Of a stretch of DNA of 64,000 nucleotides, positions 56,292-64,000 are shown in pieces. Source of the DNA: a virus (lineage: Duplodnaviria > Heunggongvirae > Uroviricota > Caudoviricetes); IMG/VR virus record IMGVR_UViG_3300006033_000017; one strand, given 5' to 3'. A program made the translations under genes and the position numbers. Positions within the stretch are counted from its first letter, which is position 1. Every line of letters starts with the position of its first letter. The notes under the pieces are model-generated. The model did not search any database. It saw only the letters and a program-made list of their open reading frames with translations, and was not told the origin of the DNA.

Positions 56292-56737
56292 ATAATGGCA
56301 TCATCACTAACAAATTCAACCAGCCCGTAATCTTCTAGAACTTCAAGCGCACCATGTACCAAGTATTCGGGGCCATCACAATGACAGATCAAATCACCCT
56401 CAGTAAGATCGCCACCAAAAGCCTTTAGGGTCCGCATTGTATCGCGAGCAATCCCGTTGAGTAGCTTGCCCATAAAGGCATTAACATCGAAAGCAAGCTC
56501 CCGAGGACCAAGTTCCCAAGGGCCAACTTTCTTCGTACTAGTGTCTTTGAGTTCTTCTTCTTCAAGCCCTTCCTCTTCAAGCGCTTTTTCACCACGTACT
56601 ATTGCTTCGTCAATGATGATGCGCGCATTCTTATCCAGAGATTCCCAGGGGACATTCTCTTGAATAGTGTCGATGAGCTTAGCTAGACTTTCGGTAACTA
56701 ATCTACCCATGATACTCTCCGCTCTACTAACATTCAC
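56240..56737 (-). CDS. hypothetical acidic protein (165 aa)
   Basis: ORF. Confidence 0.4.
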   Translation of the reverse strand: MNVSRAESIMGRLVTESLAKLIDTIQENVPWESLDKNARIIIDEAIVRGEKALEEEGLEEEELKDTSTKKVGPWELGPRELAFDVNAFMGKLLNGIARDTMRTLKAFGGDLTEGDLICHCDGPEYLVHGALEVLEDYGLVEFVSDDAIMWIIITREGYAWIEEYC

Positions 56738-56958
56738 CGATCATAACTACTTTGATGAAGGAATAGATTGTAATCTTGAACAGATTCGTGGACTGTCCCT
56801 CTGTAAAGTGAGCCATAGTCCCGGTGGTGGAGACTATTAGAATCTTCGCATTCTGGATCAATGGTATAACCCGCTCGATTACGGCGGGGTTCTTCGCGGC
56901 GAAAAGATGTGTCATCTATCCAATTACTCATCATAGTTCCTTGACTACTATCCACCAT
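56734..56958 (-). CDS. hypothetical protein (74 aa)
   Basis: ATGA overlap with downstream gene. Confidence 0.3.
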   Translation of the reverse strand: MVDSSQGTMMSNWIDDTSFRREEPRRNRAGYTIDPECEDSNSLHHRDYGSLYRGTVHESVQDYNLFLHQSSYDR

Positions 56959-57154
56959 TGCGAAGTTTATACTCTACTGACTCAATTTCTCTTCGCAGGC
57001 GAGAGACTTCATTCTGATCAACACGCATCGGACTATGCCGTCGATACCTACCAACTTCTTCTCCGTGGTAGTAACTGGGATATTCACCATTATCAGTGTG
57101 TCGGGCCAACTCTTGCTTGAGTTGATATAGTTCTGCACGCAATTGTTCTGACAT
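56948..57154 (-). CDS. hypothetical coiled-coil protein (68 aa)
   Basis: ORF just downstream of the tRNA cluster. Confidence 0.35.
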   Translation of the reverse strand: MSEQLRAELYQLKQELARHTDNGEYPSYYHGEEVGRYRRHSPMRVDQNEVSRLRREIESVEYKLRNGG

Positions 57155-57185
57155 TCCAATTGTCCTTCCTGGTTTTTCTCAACTA

Positions 57186-57341
57186 AACGAGAGGGGAGAT
57201 TCGAACTCCCACCGGCGAATGGGCATTCGCCTTTTGCTGTTAATTACGTAGGGGCTTAGCTCAGCATTAGCCCTTCACAGCATTATTCTTCCTTGTATTT
57301 GCAACTACTCGGAAGAAGCTCTATCCAATAAGCTACTCTCG
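57186..57341 (-). tRNA. atypical tRNA-like gene, 156 nt between perfectly complementary acceptor strands (type II-like arm; discriminator U)
   Basis: 5' ACGAGAG-UA-GCUU-AUUGGAUA-GAGC (acceptor, U8, D-arm) and 3' GGGAG-UUCGAAU-CUCCC-CUCUCGU (T-arm, acceptor); GGCGAAUgcccAUUCGCC hairpin in the variable position; no canonical anticodon arm found. Confidence 0.45.
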
Positions 57342-57399
57342 TCCTTTTGAAAGAGCGGGCTCCAATAGTGAGCCTTCTATCTTTCAAACTTGCTCTAGA

Positions 57400-57698
57400 T
57401 GCCCCTGTCTGGAGTTGAACCAGCGTCACCCGGTTATGCTTACCACTATAGTTTTCACTACCAAACAAGTTGTTTGTGGTCTGGACTCTCTCTTCACCAT
57501 AGATTATTATCTTTAGGTGTTCCGTGTTGAGTCTCTACACCTTGCAACTTTCGTTGCCTTGGCTCGGGATTGCCATTTCACAGGGTTCCCCGAATTTACG
57601 GAATAATCACAGCAATAGTTTCCTATTGCCGCGCCCTCTTTTGTGCTTCTAAAGCACGTTAGCGAAGCCGGACGCTCTAACCATTGAGCTACAGGGGC
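57400..57698 (-). tRNA. tRNA with anticodon CAU (Met or Ile-lysidine type) interrupted by a 227-nt group I intron in the anticodon loop
   Basis: 5' exon GCCCCUG-UA-GCUC-AAUGGUUA-GAGC-G-UCCGG-CU (57666..57698) and 3' exon CAUAA-CCGGG-UGAC-GCUGG-UUCAACU-CCAGA-CAGGGGC-A (57400..57438); all stems pair; intron ends in G. Confidence 0.7.
57439..57665 (-). ncRNA. group I self-splicing intron (IC3-like, Azoarcus / cyanobacterial tRNA-intron type)
   Basis: AAAUUCGGGGAACCCUG ... GGCAAUCCCGAGCCAAGG ... GGUGUAGAGACUCAACACGGAACACCUAAAG ... CUAUGG ... GAGAGUCC closely match the conserved P3-P8 core of the Azoarcus tRNA-Ile and Anabaena tRNA-Leu introns. Confidence 0.65.
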
Positions 57699-57777
57699 CT
57701 AATGTATCACATTTTCTATTTTGTTATCTAGGAACCAGAGGGAAGGAACCATCGCCCTTCCCTCACCTCATACCCTT

Positions 57778-57806
57778 ATTATAGCATGGCGGGCCGCGCA
57801 TGTCAA
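57778..57806 (-). promoter_or_regulatory. sigma70-like promoter TTGACA-N17-TgcTATAAT + AAGGGTATG driving the tRNA cluster
   Basis: minus-strand gcTTGACAtgcgcggcccgccatgcTATAATaagggta; leader hairpin GGGAAGG-n9-CCTTCCC at 57741..57763. Confidence 0.55.
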
Positions 57807-57824
57807 GCCCTAAAACGAGCCATG

Positions 57825-58703
57825 TTATCCCGCCATAAAAGCCTTAAGCTCCTCAATAACCGCCGCCAATTCATTCTTGAGTCTAGCCATTGGGACCTTA
57901 TGCATCGTTACCTTCGGTGCGAGACGATATGGCGAAGAATACAGGCTCTGGCGATCTTCACACTTGCAATATGACAGAACAGCAGTACGTTTATCGCGGC
58001 TCGATCTATAGAGCGTTTCTTTTTCCACATCAAGAGATATATGCAGGCTGTTGCTTTGAGCCTCAATATGCTTATCGCTCTTTCGGATAGTATAGCCCTG
58101 GCGACTCAAGCCTAGCCTCACCATAATTTCCATCAAGAACAATTGCCCCTCCTTGTGGAAGAACGTATCGAAATTACGTCCGAAATAGAGATCACTACCG
58201 ATTCTATTAAGAAAAGAGCTAATCTCATCATCCTTCATAGCAACAACGCATTCTTGCACAGGAATGTCATGTGCCTCAAAGAATTCCAGATAAGTCTCCA
58301 TACGCATATTCGAGTGATAGAAGTTATTAGAACTGCTCGAAGAGTAAGCCCCCATAGTAATGTGAGCTTGTTCACCTACTGAAGTGGTGAATTCAAAACT
58401 AATCCCTGAAAGCTCTCCTTTACCCTTAGGAAAGAGATACTTAACCACGTTCTTAGCTGAGAGAATTTCCTGAAGATGCCGTTCTTTCTTTACTGCTGCG
58501 TCTTCTTGTTCTCTTTGACGACGAGCCAAAACGCCTTCGTCAATGCATTCGAGACTTTGATGATAGACATCCAAGGGAGCCATATCAGGGAACTTAACTA
58601 GGCTACATCTATCATTACTTCCTGGACCAATAGTAACACCTTCCGTACCAGCAACAAGCCCGGTACGATACGCGGTTAGATCAGTAGTTAGGCGTACCTT
58701 CAC
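57825..58703 (-). CDS. hypothetical protein (292 aa)
   Basis: ORF; upstream TTGACT-N18-TATGAT. Confidence 0.45.
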   Translation of the reverse strand: MKVRLTTDLTAYRTGLVAGTEGVTIGPGSNDRCSLVKFPDMAPLDVYHQSLECIDEGVLARRQREQEDAAVKKERHLQEILSAKNVVKYLFPKGKGELSGISFEFTTSVGEQAHITMGAYSSSSSNNFYHSNMRMETYLEFFEAHDIPVQECVVAMKDDEISSFLNRIGSDLYFGRNFDTFFHKEGQLFLMEIMVRLGLSRQGYTIRKSDKHIEAQSNSLHISLDVEKETLYRSSRDKRTAVLSYCKCEDRQSLYSSPYRLAPKVTMHKVPMARLKNELAAVIEELKAFMAG

Positions 58704-58749
58704 AATTCGTCTCCACTTTATAGATCATATCACAAGTGGAGGCGGCGAG

Positions 58750-59193
58750 TCAAGCCTCAGATTCCGGTATCGCCAATTCACATAATTCTTTATGCTGCTT
58801 ACGGGTCATTTTGTGGGTAAGCGCAAACTCACACCAAACCTGCATAGCTGAAATCAGATTTGGTGTTGGATTTGCCACGAAACGCCTCATAAGCTCTTTC
58901 CTATCAGGGGTTTCGATCATTTCGTGAACATCTCGGGGCTCGAAATCTAGACGAAGACTCCCACCATCATAGGGATCAAATGTCCCATATGCAGGCTCAC
59001 AATACTTATAGGACTTATGGAACTTAGCGGGGCCTCGATAGTTACTGTAATCGATCCAGTACCATTTGCCCTTTTCTAGTGTTACACCTTTATGATTAGT
59101 CATTATACTATCTTTCTTGTTTAGTACAATACCACTTACCGTCGGAAGCAGCATATGCACCGGGCTCCATACCACCTTCGGCTCGAAATTCAC
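58750..59193 (-). CDS. hypothetical protein (147 aa)
   Basis: ORF. Confidence 0.4.
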   Translation of the reverse strand: MNFEPKVVWSPVHMLLPTVSGIVLNKKDSIMTNHKGVTLEKGKWYWIDYSNYRGPAKFHKSYKYCEPAYGTFDPYDGGSLRLDFEPRDVHEMIETPDRKELMRRFVANPTPNLISAMQVWCEFALTHKMTRKQHKELCELAIPESEA

Positions 59194-59545
59194 CTGCTGT
59201 TACATGGCAACAGCATTCTTGCCAAAGAGGACATGATTCAATAGGTATATTGCAGCATAGACCTTCATAGTCAGTAGTAGGCTCCCCCCAAGTGGGGATT
59301 GCTTCACCTATTTCTAAAGCGACCCGAAGCCCCCGATTATTCTGTTGTTGATCTGCTAGATCGTTAAAGATCTTAGCTATATTCCTCAAATGATTCGGCA
59401 TACACCCCTTGATATTTATCGAATGACCAAGGGACCGAAAGAACATCACAAGCTGATCTTGATGTGTGTCTTCACTATGCTCAACAAAGACACGAACAAC
59501 CTCATCACCTATTTGAATCTGTTCCACTATTTTAGGCGTCTTCAT
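59108..59545 (-). CDS. hypothetical Cys-rich protein (145 aa)
   Basis: ORF. Confidence 0.4.
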   Translation of the reverse strand: MKTPKIVEQIQIGDEVVRVFVEHSEDTHQDQLVMFFRSLGHSINIKGCMPNHLRNIAKIFNDLADQQQNNRGLRVALEIGEAIPTWGEPTTDYEGLCCNIPIESCPLWQECCCHVTAGEFRAEGGMEPGAYAASDGKWYCTKQER

Positions 59546-59547
59546 CT

Positions 59548-59898
59548 TTACTCCACAGTCAATAGGTTAGCGGGAAGCCGATCTACTTTTCGGGCGCGCG
59601 GTGGCTTACAACACATGCGAGACGCCTCAGTATAAAGCAATCGCCGAGCGCACACCTGAGTCAAATAATAGTCCAAAGAATAGCCTAAATCTGGGTTATA
59701 AGTTCCCAGTCCACGCTGTACCGCAAGCTTGGCTAGCGTCATTTTCTCATCTATTGTATAAGATGGAACTGTGGTCTTTCTACACAATGCTTCTAGCGCA
59801 TCATTAAATACAGGTAGAATTTCAGAGAATGTCATCATTAACTCCTTAACGTTATCTAACACCATATTTGCGCATCTTAAGTTGATGCTCGTATTCAT
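59548..59898 (-). CDS. hypothetical protein (116 aa)
   Basis: ORF. Confidence 0.4.
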   Translation of the reverse strand: MNTSINLRCANMVLDNVKELMMTFSEILPVFNDALEALCRKTTVPSYTIDEKMTLAKLAVQRGLGTYNPDLGYSLDYYLTQVCARRLLYTEASRMCCKPPRARKVDRLPANLLTVE

Positions 59899-60024
59899 TG
59901 AAAGCCTTCGTACATTGCTGACTAGCTAGTCGTTCATTGGGGGAGCAGACTTCGATCCGCTTCCCATCCCATGCCGTCAACACACAAACTGTTTGTTTCA
60001 CGCCATCTCTTGTCGTTTGGTAGG

Positions 60025-60249
60025 TTAGCATTTCACTATATCCAGGTACTCATATGGATACCAAGTTTGCTTATCACCGAGGCATCTCACGAAGACACAA
60101 AGATCATCGTCTTCATCATAGCAATCCTCTTGAATTGCCACGACTTCTGTAACATTATCTGCACACAATAGCATTGCTTTACCGGGCAGCATTTGGTTGA
60201 CTTTAACTTTTGAAGCTACTGATAACGTCTTTGCTTCTTCCAATGTCAT
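60025..60249 (-). CDS. hypothetical protein (74 aa)
   Basis: ORF. Confidence 0.3.
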   Translation of the reverse strand: MTLEEAKTLSVASKVKVNQMLPGKAMLLCADNVTEVVAIQEDCYDEDDDLCVFVRCLGDKQTWYPYEYLDIVKC

Positions 60250-60503
60250 TATTCGTCCCCGCGTTTAATGACTTTGAGATCCCCCAAGCTACTAAGCCAT
60301 ACATCTATGTCGTGCAACACCTTGTACTCGACATCACTGTACTTGCAAAGAATCGTACCGACATTAGCAGGAAAAACCTCGATTACTTCGACAGTTATAG
60401 TCTTACCTTTAACGTATCTTCCCTCAGTTCCCTCAATGATATCGCCCGCTACAGGATCAGTTAGTGGGTTTCTTTGCTCGTTCAGTTCCATTATGATACC
60501 CAA
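60249..60503 (-). CDS. hypothetical protein (84 aa)
   Basis: ORF. Confidence 0.3.
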   Translation of the reverse strand: MGIIMELNEQRNPLTDPVAGDIIEGTEGRYVKGKTITVEVIEVFPANVGTILCKYSDVEYKVLHDIDVWLSSLGDLKVIKRGDE

Positions 60504-60745
60504 CCTACCTCAAGTAGAGCCATTTGATCTTTTACGCGAGAAGCCCAATCATTTTCCAAAGCTGCAATTACCTGTTCAGGCTTACCACCCAATACCTCCT
60601 TACATCCTCGGGCTCTCCCTCGCCAACCACCACTCTGATATACTAAGCCATCAATTTCGTTGCAAGAATAGTAATAGTTATGCCAATCGTCTTCTTCGCT
60701 ATTGTCGCCCTCCCGCCAAAGGAAGCGTCCCTGGATATCAGCCAT
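60491..60745 (-). CDS. hypothetical protein (84 aa)
   Basis: ORF. Confidence 0.3.
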   Translation of the reverse strand: MADIQGRFLWREGDNSEEDDWHNYYYSCNEIDGLVYQSGGWRGRARGCKEVLGGKPEQVIAALENDWASRVKDQMALLEVGWVS

Positions 60746-61076
60746 TTTGTAATACCTCTAACTCATTCTGTAACCTGCGAACCTTCGCAATGAGTTCGGG
60801 CATAGCTACTTTAGCGGTAGCGATGAATTCTGCATTGCGACGACGACGTTCATTACTAGCTCGAACTATAGTTTCGTCATTGAGTTCATGAAGATCTTCG
60901 GGATGACAAATATAGTGAGGAGCAACGCCGAGATGATCCCAGAATTCTGCTAGTCTAGATTCGTCAGCCCTGCTTTGGACGCAAACAGTGCCTGACTGAT
61001 AAATCTCTACCACCCAGGGACCGGGTGTTGTGTCATTGCAAATAGTCTCTAGTTCTTCTAGTCGTTTAGCTTCCAT
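60738..61076 (-). CDS. hypothetical protein, 'TPGPW...PELI..RRLQ' family (paralog A)
   Basis: LEELETICNDTTPGPW ... AMPELIAKVRRLQ. Confidence 0.4.
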   Translation of the reverse strand: MEAKRLEELETICNDTTPGPWVVEIYQSGTVCVQSRADESRLAEFWDHLGVAPHYICHPEDLHELNDETIVRASNERRRRNAEFIATAKVAMPELIAKVRRLQNELEVLQNG

Positions 61077-61461
61077 GTAACAACTTATCCGTTTCTACAA
61101 TCATAGCTTGCCCAAGATAGAGCTTCTGAAGACGACGTATCTCTTTGATTAGCTCAGGGACAGCAGTTCTGGCTGCCGAGATGAATTTAGCATCGTTCTC
61201 GGCTTGGAGTGTCGCCGCTCCTTGTTGTTGCTCGAATCTCTCCCACTCATCGTCATCATAAGAAGTTAGATAATCAGCATTGTTGAAGCTTGGACCAATA
61301 GAAGCGACACACATTGAATCGCCTAATTCGCCCCAGCCAACTGTAGCAGGCGCACCGCCTTCACCCCATCTATCAAGAACCCAAGGATCAGGTGTAGCCT
61401 TATTGCATAACTCTTCTAGTTCAGCTAATCTATCAGCTAATATCATAGCTTCTCCAATCAA
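61066..61461 (-). CDS. hypothetical protein, same family (paralog B)
   Basis: LAELEELCNKATPDPW ... AVPELIKEIRRLQ. Confidence 0.4.
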   Translation of the reverse strand: MIGEAMILADRLAELEELCNKATPDPWVLDRWGEGGAPATVGWGELGDSMCVASIGPSFNNADYLTSYDDDEWERFEQQQGAATLQAENDAKFISAARTAVPELIKEIRRLQKLYLGQAMIVETDKLLHGS

Positions 61462-61880
61462 GGATATATGATAATGTCCCTAACGATGTCTTGTTCGTCT
61501 AGCATTATGGTGGCGGCATTATAACGCCCATCGCACCAATGCCCCTGCATAGGTTTGTAGATCCTAATATTGGTGACACCGATACCTCCTACCAATACGC
61601 CCCACAACGCCGTCGATAATGGCTTACCTAAGTGTTCTTTTGCGCTAAAACTCATGCAACCGCGTACTGTCAACTTAATTCGCTCATGATTATTGCCCAT
61701 GAACCGTTCCCACTGAGGATTAGCTATGGTTGTCTCGTATTCCTCAAAAGCCAAACGAGTTTCTTCGGGCATACCTTCCTTGCCACCATAAATCGCCCAA
61801 CCTAACTTGAGATCTTTAGGGTCGTCAGCAGGTAGTGTAGTCGTAGTGATTTCCATTATGGTTTCTCGAATCTTTCCCAT
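61458..61880 (-). CDS. hypothetical protein (140 aa)
   Basis: ORF. Confidence 0.4.
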   Translation of the reverse strand: MGKIRETIMEITTTTLPADDPKDLKLGWAIYGGKEGMPEETRLAFEEYETTIANPQWERFMGNNHERIKLTVRGCMSFSAKEHLGKPLSTALWGVLVGGIGVTNIRIYKPMQGHWCDGRYNAATIMLDEQDIVRDIIIYP

Positions 61881-62050
61881 TGCGGATAGCCAAAATCGCG
61901 GGGCTCAGTTACGGCCCGCTCCTCGAAACAGACGCCACAAATTCCTTGATGAAAAGTGCATACTAGTCTAGAAAAAGTACGGCCTTCTTTTTCTAATTGA
62001 TCTGTAGCGCATTCAATACAGCACCAGATAGGATATGGTCGGAGTTCCAT
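61856..62050 (-). CDS. zinc-finger small protein (64 aa)
   Basis: CCIEC...CGVCF; TTGAGG-N17-TgcTATAAT upstream. Confidence 0.35.
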   Translation of the reverse strand: MELRPYPIWCCIECATDQLEKEGRTFSRLVCTFHQGICGVCFEERAVTEPRDFGYPQWERFEKP

Positions 62051-62247
62051 TAGGAAGAGCCTCTAAGGGGATTATAGCACCTGTCGCCCATACCCTCAAG
62101 CCGCCTACGCTCACCATAGGGGATAGAAATCTTCAAGGGAGTAGTCACTGCCACCAATCCCCGATACATCGGTGAATTCCTCTCCAATATCGTGTCATGG
62201 CTCGATATAAACTCATTCCAGTATTGTTGCGCTTGTTGATCAGGCAT
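62050..62247 (-). CDS. hypothetical protein (65 aa)
   Basis: ORF. Confidence 0.3.
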   Translation of the reverse strand: MPDQQAQQYWNEFISSHDTILERNSPMYRGLVAVTTPLKISIPYGERRRLEGMGDRCYNPLRGSS

Positions 62248-62250
62248 CTC

Positions 62251-62664
62251 TTATGCTCCTAGTGATTTGTTGAGTCTCTCTATTGCCCATTTGGCGTATT
62301 TTACAACATCATCAGGTCGAGCATTGCGCCACGCTGGATTAAAATTGATGCGGGGCAAATAGTAAAGGAATTCCGCCTTCACTTTAGCGTTAGACTCTTC
62401 AGGGGATAAACCATCGATGACATCTGCCCATCTCGGTACAAAGGCTAAAGGATGTTCCCAAACATCTTCTCCATCGCCATATAGGTGCATCCCTATATAC
62501 CAATCATTACGACGAAAATGCCTATCTTGTGGCCTTTCCATCCATCGACAATTATAGATGTCTATATATCGGTCAGCGACCGGATCGTAAATCTCCCACG
62601 ACTCATAAGCCGAACCATAATCACACATGACAAGTTGCAAGGTTCTGATTGGTTGCCCATTCAT
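62251..62664 (-). CDS. hypothetical protein (137 aa)
   Basis: ORF. Confidence 0.4.
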   Translation of the reverse strand: MNGQPIRTLQLVMCDYGSAYESWEIYDPVADRYIDIYNCRWMERPQDRHFRRNDWYIGMHLYGDGEDVWEHPLAFVPRWADVIDGLSPEESNAKVKAEFLYYLPRINFNPAWRNARPDDVVKYAKWAIERLNKSLGA

Positions 62665-62667
62665 CTC

Positions 62668-63477
62668 TTATTCCCCCAAGATATACTCTAGCATTGGCTT
62701 GTATTGGTCAAACGTCTCTTGCCCCCAGTTAGTAACCAATTCATGACGGCGATTCTGCCACGTAGCCAAAACCGACTGATAGTGAATGATCGCTGCTTCA
62801 TCATTATAGCCCTGCGCAGGTCGCCAATTATAAGAATCGGGCAAATGAGCCAAGTCATTACTAAAGACATCTGTTAAAGTAGCTTCTTCAAGCAGACCCA
62901 ATAGTCTAGAGTCGTTAAACCAATCTCTATGACTCATCACATTAGTAACATATTGAAACTCAGCACGAAGGTAATCGATTAATGCGAACCTCTTCTTGTA
63001 CATTAAGCGAGTATCTAAAACGAACACACCCGCATTAATCCCGCGCCCCTTTGTACCAAACTGCCCCGTAAAACTAGCACCAAAGGGTAAAAGATTCCTG
63101 AGATCGCGCCACTGAAACTTAGGCGTAAAGATGGTATCAACATCACAAAATAGAATTTCCTGATTAGGAAAGATATCGTGTAATTCCATCTTCAAATATA
63201 TCGAAGGAATCTTTAAGAAATATGCAACGTATTGATTCTCAATTGACTTATTGAGGATGAAGTCAATAATGCCTGAGAAATCAAATTCAGCATTAAGCTG
63301 TGAGTAGATCTGGCTGGGATGGTGAATACACTCCACACCCTCGACTACTAAAGGCTCCGTACTGACCACGGTAATATCATCAATATCGACGGCACGAGCG
63401 CTTATGATAGAGTGAGTTAAGGCTTTGAGGTACAAAGGTGCTTTATCCGTACCACTAATGACATATACTAGTTTCAT
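62668..63477 (-). CDS. GT8-like nucleotide-sugar glycosyltransferase
   Basis: DxD motif LFCDVDTIF; GINAGVFVLD; IIHYQSV region. Confidence 0.5.
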   Translation of the reverse strand: MKLVYVISGTDKAPLYLKALTHSIISARAVDIDDITVVSTEPLVVEGVECIHHPSQIYSQLNAEFDFSGIIDFILNKSIENQYVAYFLKIPSIYLKMELHDIFPNQEILFCDVDTIFTPKFQWRDLRNLLPFGASFTGQFGTKGRGINAGVFVLDTRLMYKKRFALIDYLRAEFQYVTNVMSHRDWFNDSRLLGLLEEATLTDVFSNDLAHLPDSYNWRPAQGYNDEAAIIHYQSVLATWQNRRHELVTNWGQETFDQYKPMLEYILGE

Positions 63478-63484
63478 GTGGATC

Positions 63485-64000
63485 CTACATTCTCATCTTA
63501 ATGAGGTGGCTTTTTCTTGTTTTTCGTGGAGTTACACACAAAATATCATCAAAAATTGGTTCGTAATAACTAAAGACTTCTTTTCCCCATTCTTTTCTGA
63601 GCTTTTCTCTCGAATCAAGGCACCCCCAACTAGATATAACTGACTGATAGTGTATAATTGCTGCCTTGGGATTTATACCAAAAGAAGGTCGCCACATATA
63701 TGTATCTGGTAGCTGTCCCATATTGGTACGAAAAACAGTACTTAAGGGTTTTTCTTCCAATAAATCCAACATGTGTTGTTCTTCTGGTAAAGAATTACCA
63801 TCCAGTATACTTTGAACATAGTCAAAAGCTTTCAATACAATAGTTTTGATTTCATGATATTTTCCGGCTAGAGCCTTGGTCTCTAATACAAAATTCCCAG
63901 CACTAAGAATATAGCTAATCTTATGACGGTAATCAGTAAAAGTCCCAAGAAACGGCTGAGGATTTGCAAGATCATTCCAATCGAAATTAGATGTAAATAT
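63485..64000 (-). CDS. second GT8-like glycosyltransferase paralog, 5'-partial (runs off the window end)
   Basis: the reading frame is open upstream of the track's Met to the window edge; ILSAGNFVLETKAL and PDTYMWRP...AAIIHYQSV parallel the previous gene. Confidence 0.45.
   Translation of the reverse strand: MFTSNFDWNDLANPQPFLGTFTDYRHKISYILSAGNFVLETKALAGKYHEIKTIVLKAFDYVQSILDGNSLPEEQHMLDLLEEKPLSTVFRTNMGQLPDTYMWRPSFGINPKAAIIHYQSVISSWGCLDSREKLRKEWGKEVFSYYEPIFDDILCVTPRKTRKSHLIKMRM

Noticed and set aside
56457-56663. Ser-rich 68-aa plus-strand ORF
   Set aside because: It is antisense to the acidic gene 56240..56737 (an E-rich region read in reverse) and is spurious.
57342-57399. Imperfect inverted repeat TTGAAAGAG...CTATCTTTCAA between the two tRNA genes
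   Set aside because: It is probably just an inter-tRNA processing spacer or hairpin, too weak to call a terminator or regulatory site.

Overview
This 64 kb window looks like an accessory (early or non-structural) region of a large tailed bacteriophage or prophage. It holds about 120 short, tightly packed genes, often with overlapping stop and start codons. Most are on the minus strand and there are frequent strand switches. I found no capsid, terminase or portal genes. Coding regions I can recognise from sequence motifs:
- a beta-class amino DNA methyltransferase (DPPY) translationally coupled to an amidohydrolase
- an HNH endonuclease and a ParB-like nuclease-domain protein
- an AAA+ ATPase and P-loop kinases
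- a dCMP deaminase
- an amidase_2 endolysin
- a Thg1-like tRNA 3'-5' nucleotidyltransferase
- two cytidylyltransferase-fold enzymes, one CoaD-like and one NadD/NMNAT-like
- an SPFH/band-7 membrane protein
- a compact ABC-type ATPase in a four-gene operon
- an island with an ImmA/IrrE peptidase, a Cys-based phosphatase, a GNAT and a SLOG-like protein
- a calcineurin-type phosphoesterase
- a type IV prepilin-like protein with a long Ser/Gly-rich tail
- tandem GT8-like glycosyltransferases running off the window end
- a TnpB (IS605 OrfB, RuvC-like) gene preceded by an orphan MerR-like HTH, i.e. a degenerate IS607-like remnant.
RNA features:
- a tRNA(CAU) gene on the minus strand interrupted by a 227-nt group I intron whose core closely resembles the Azoarcus and cyanobacterial tRNA introns
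- an adjacent atypical 156-nt tRNA-like gene.
At least 11 strong sigma70-type promoters share the form TTGACA-N14-TGcTATAAT, often followed by AAGGGTA and built around a recurring GTCAAGC motif. Several rho-independent terminators are present.
Two striking paralog families of unknown function stand out. One is a five-member 'GDDI-motif' family at 39.7-44.4 kb with a PD-(D/E)xK nuclease-like gene interleaved. The other is a three-member family sharing an N-terminal 'LDxQGRFEEADxLF' leader at 46.5-49.8 kb.
I saw no CRISPR array.
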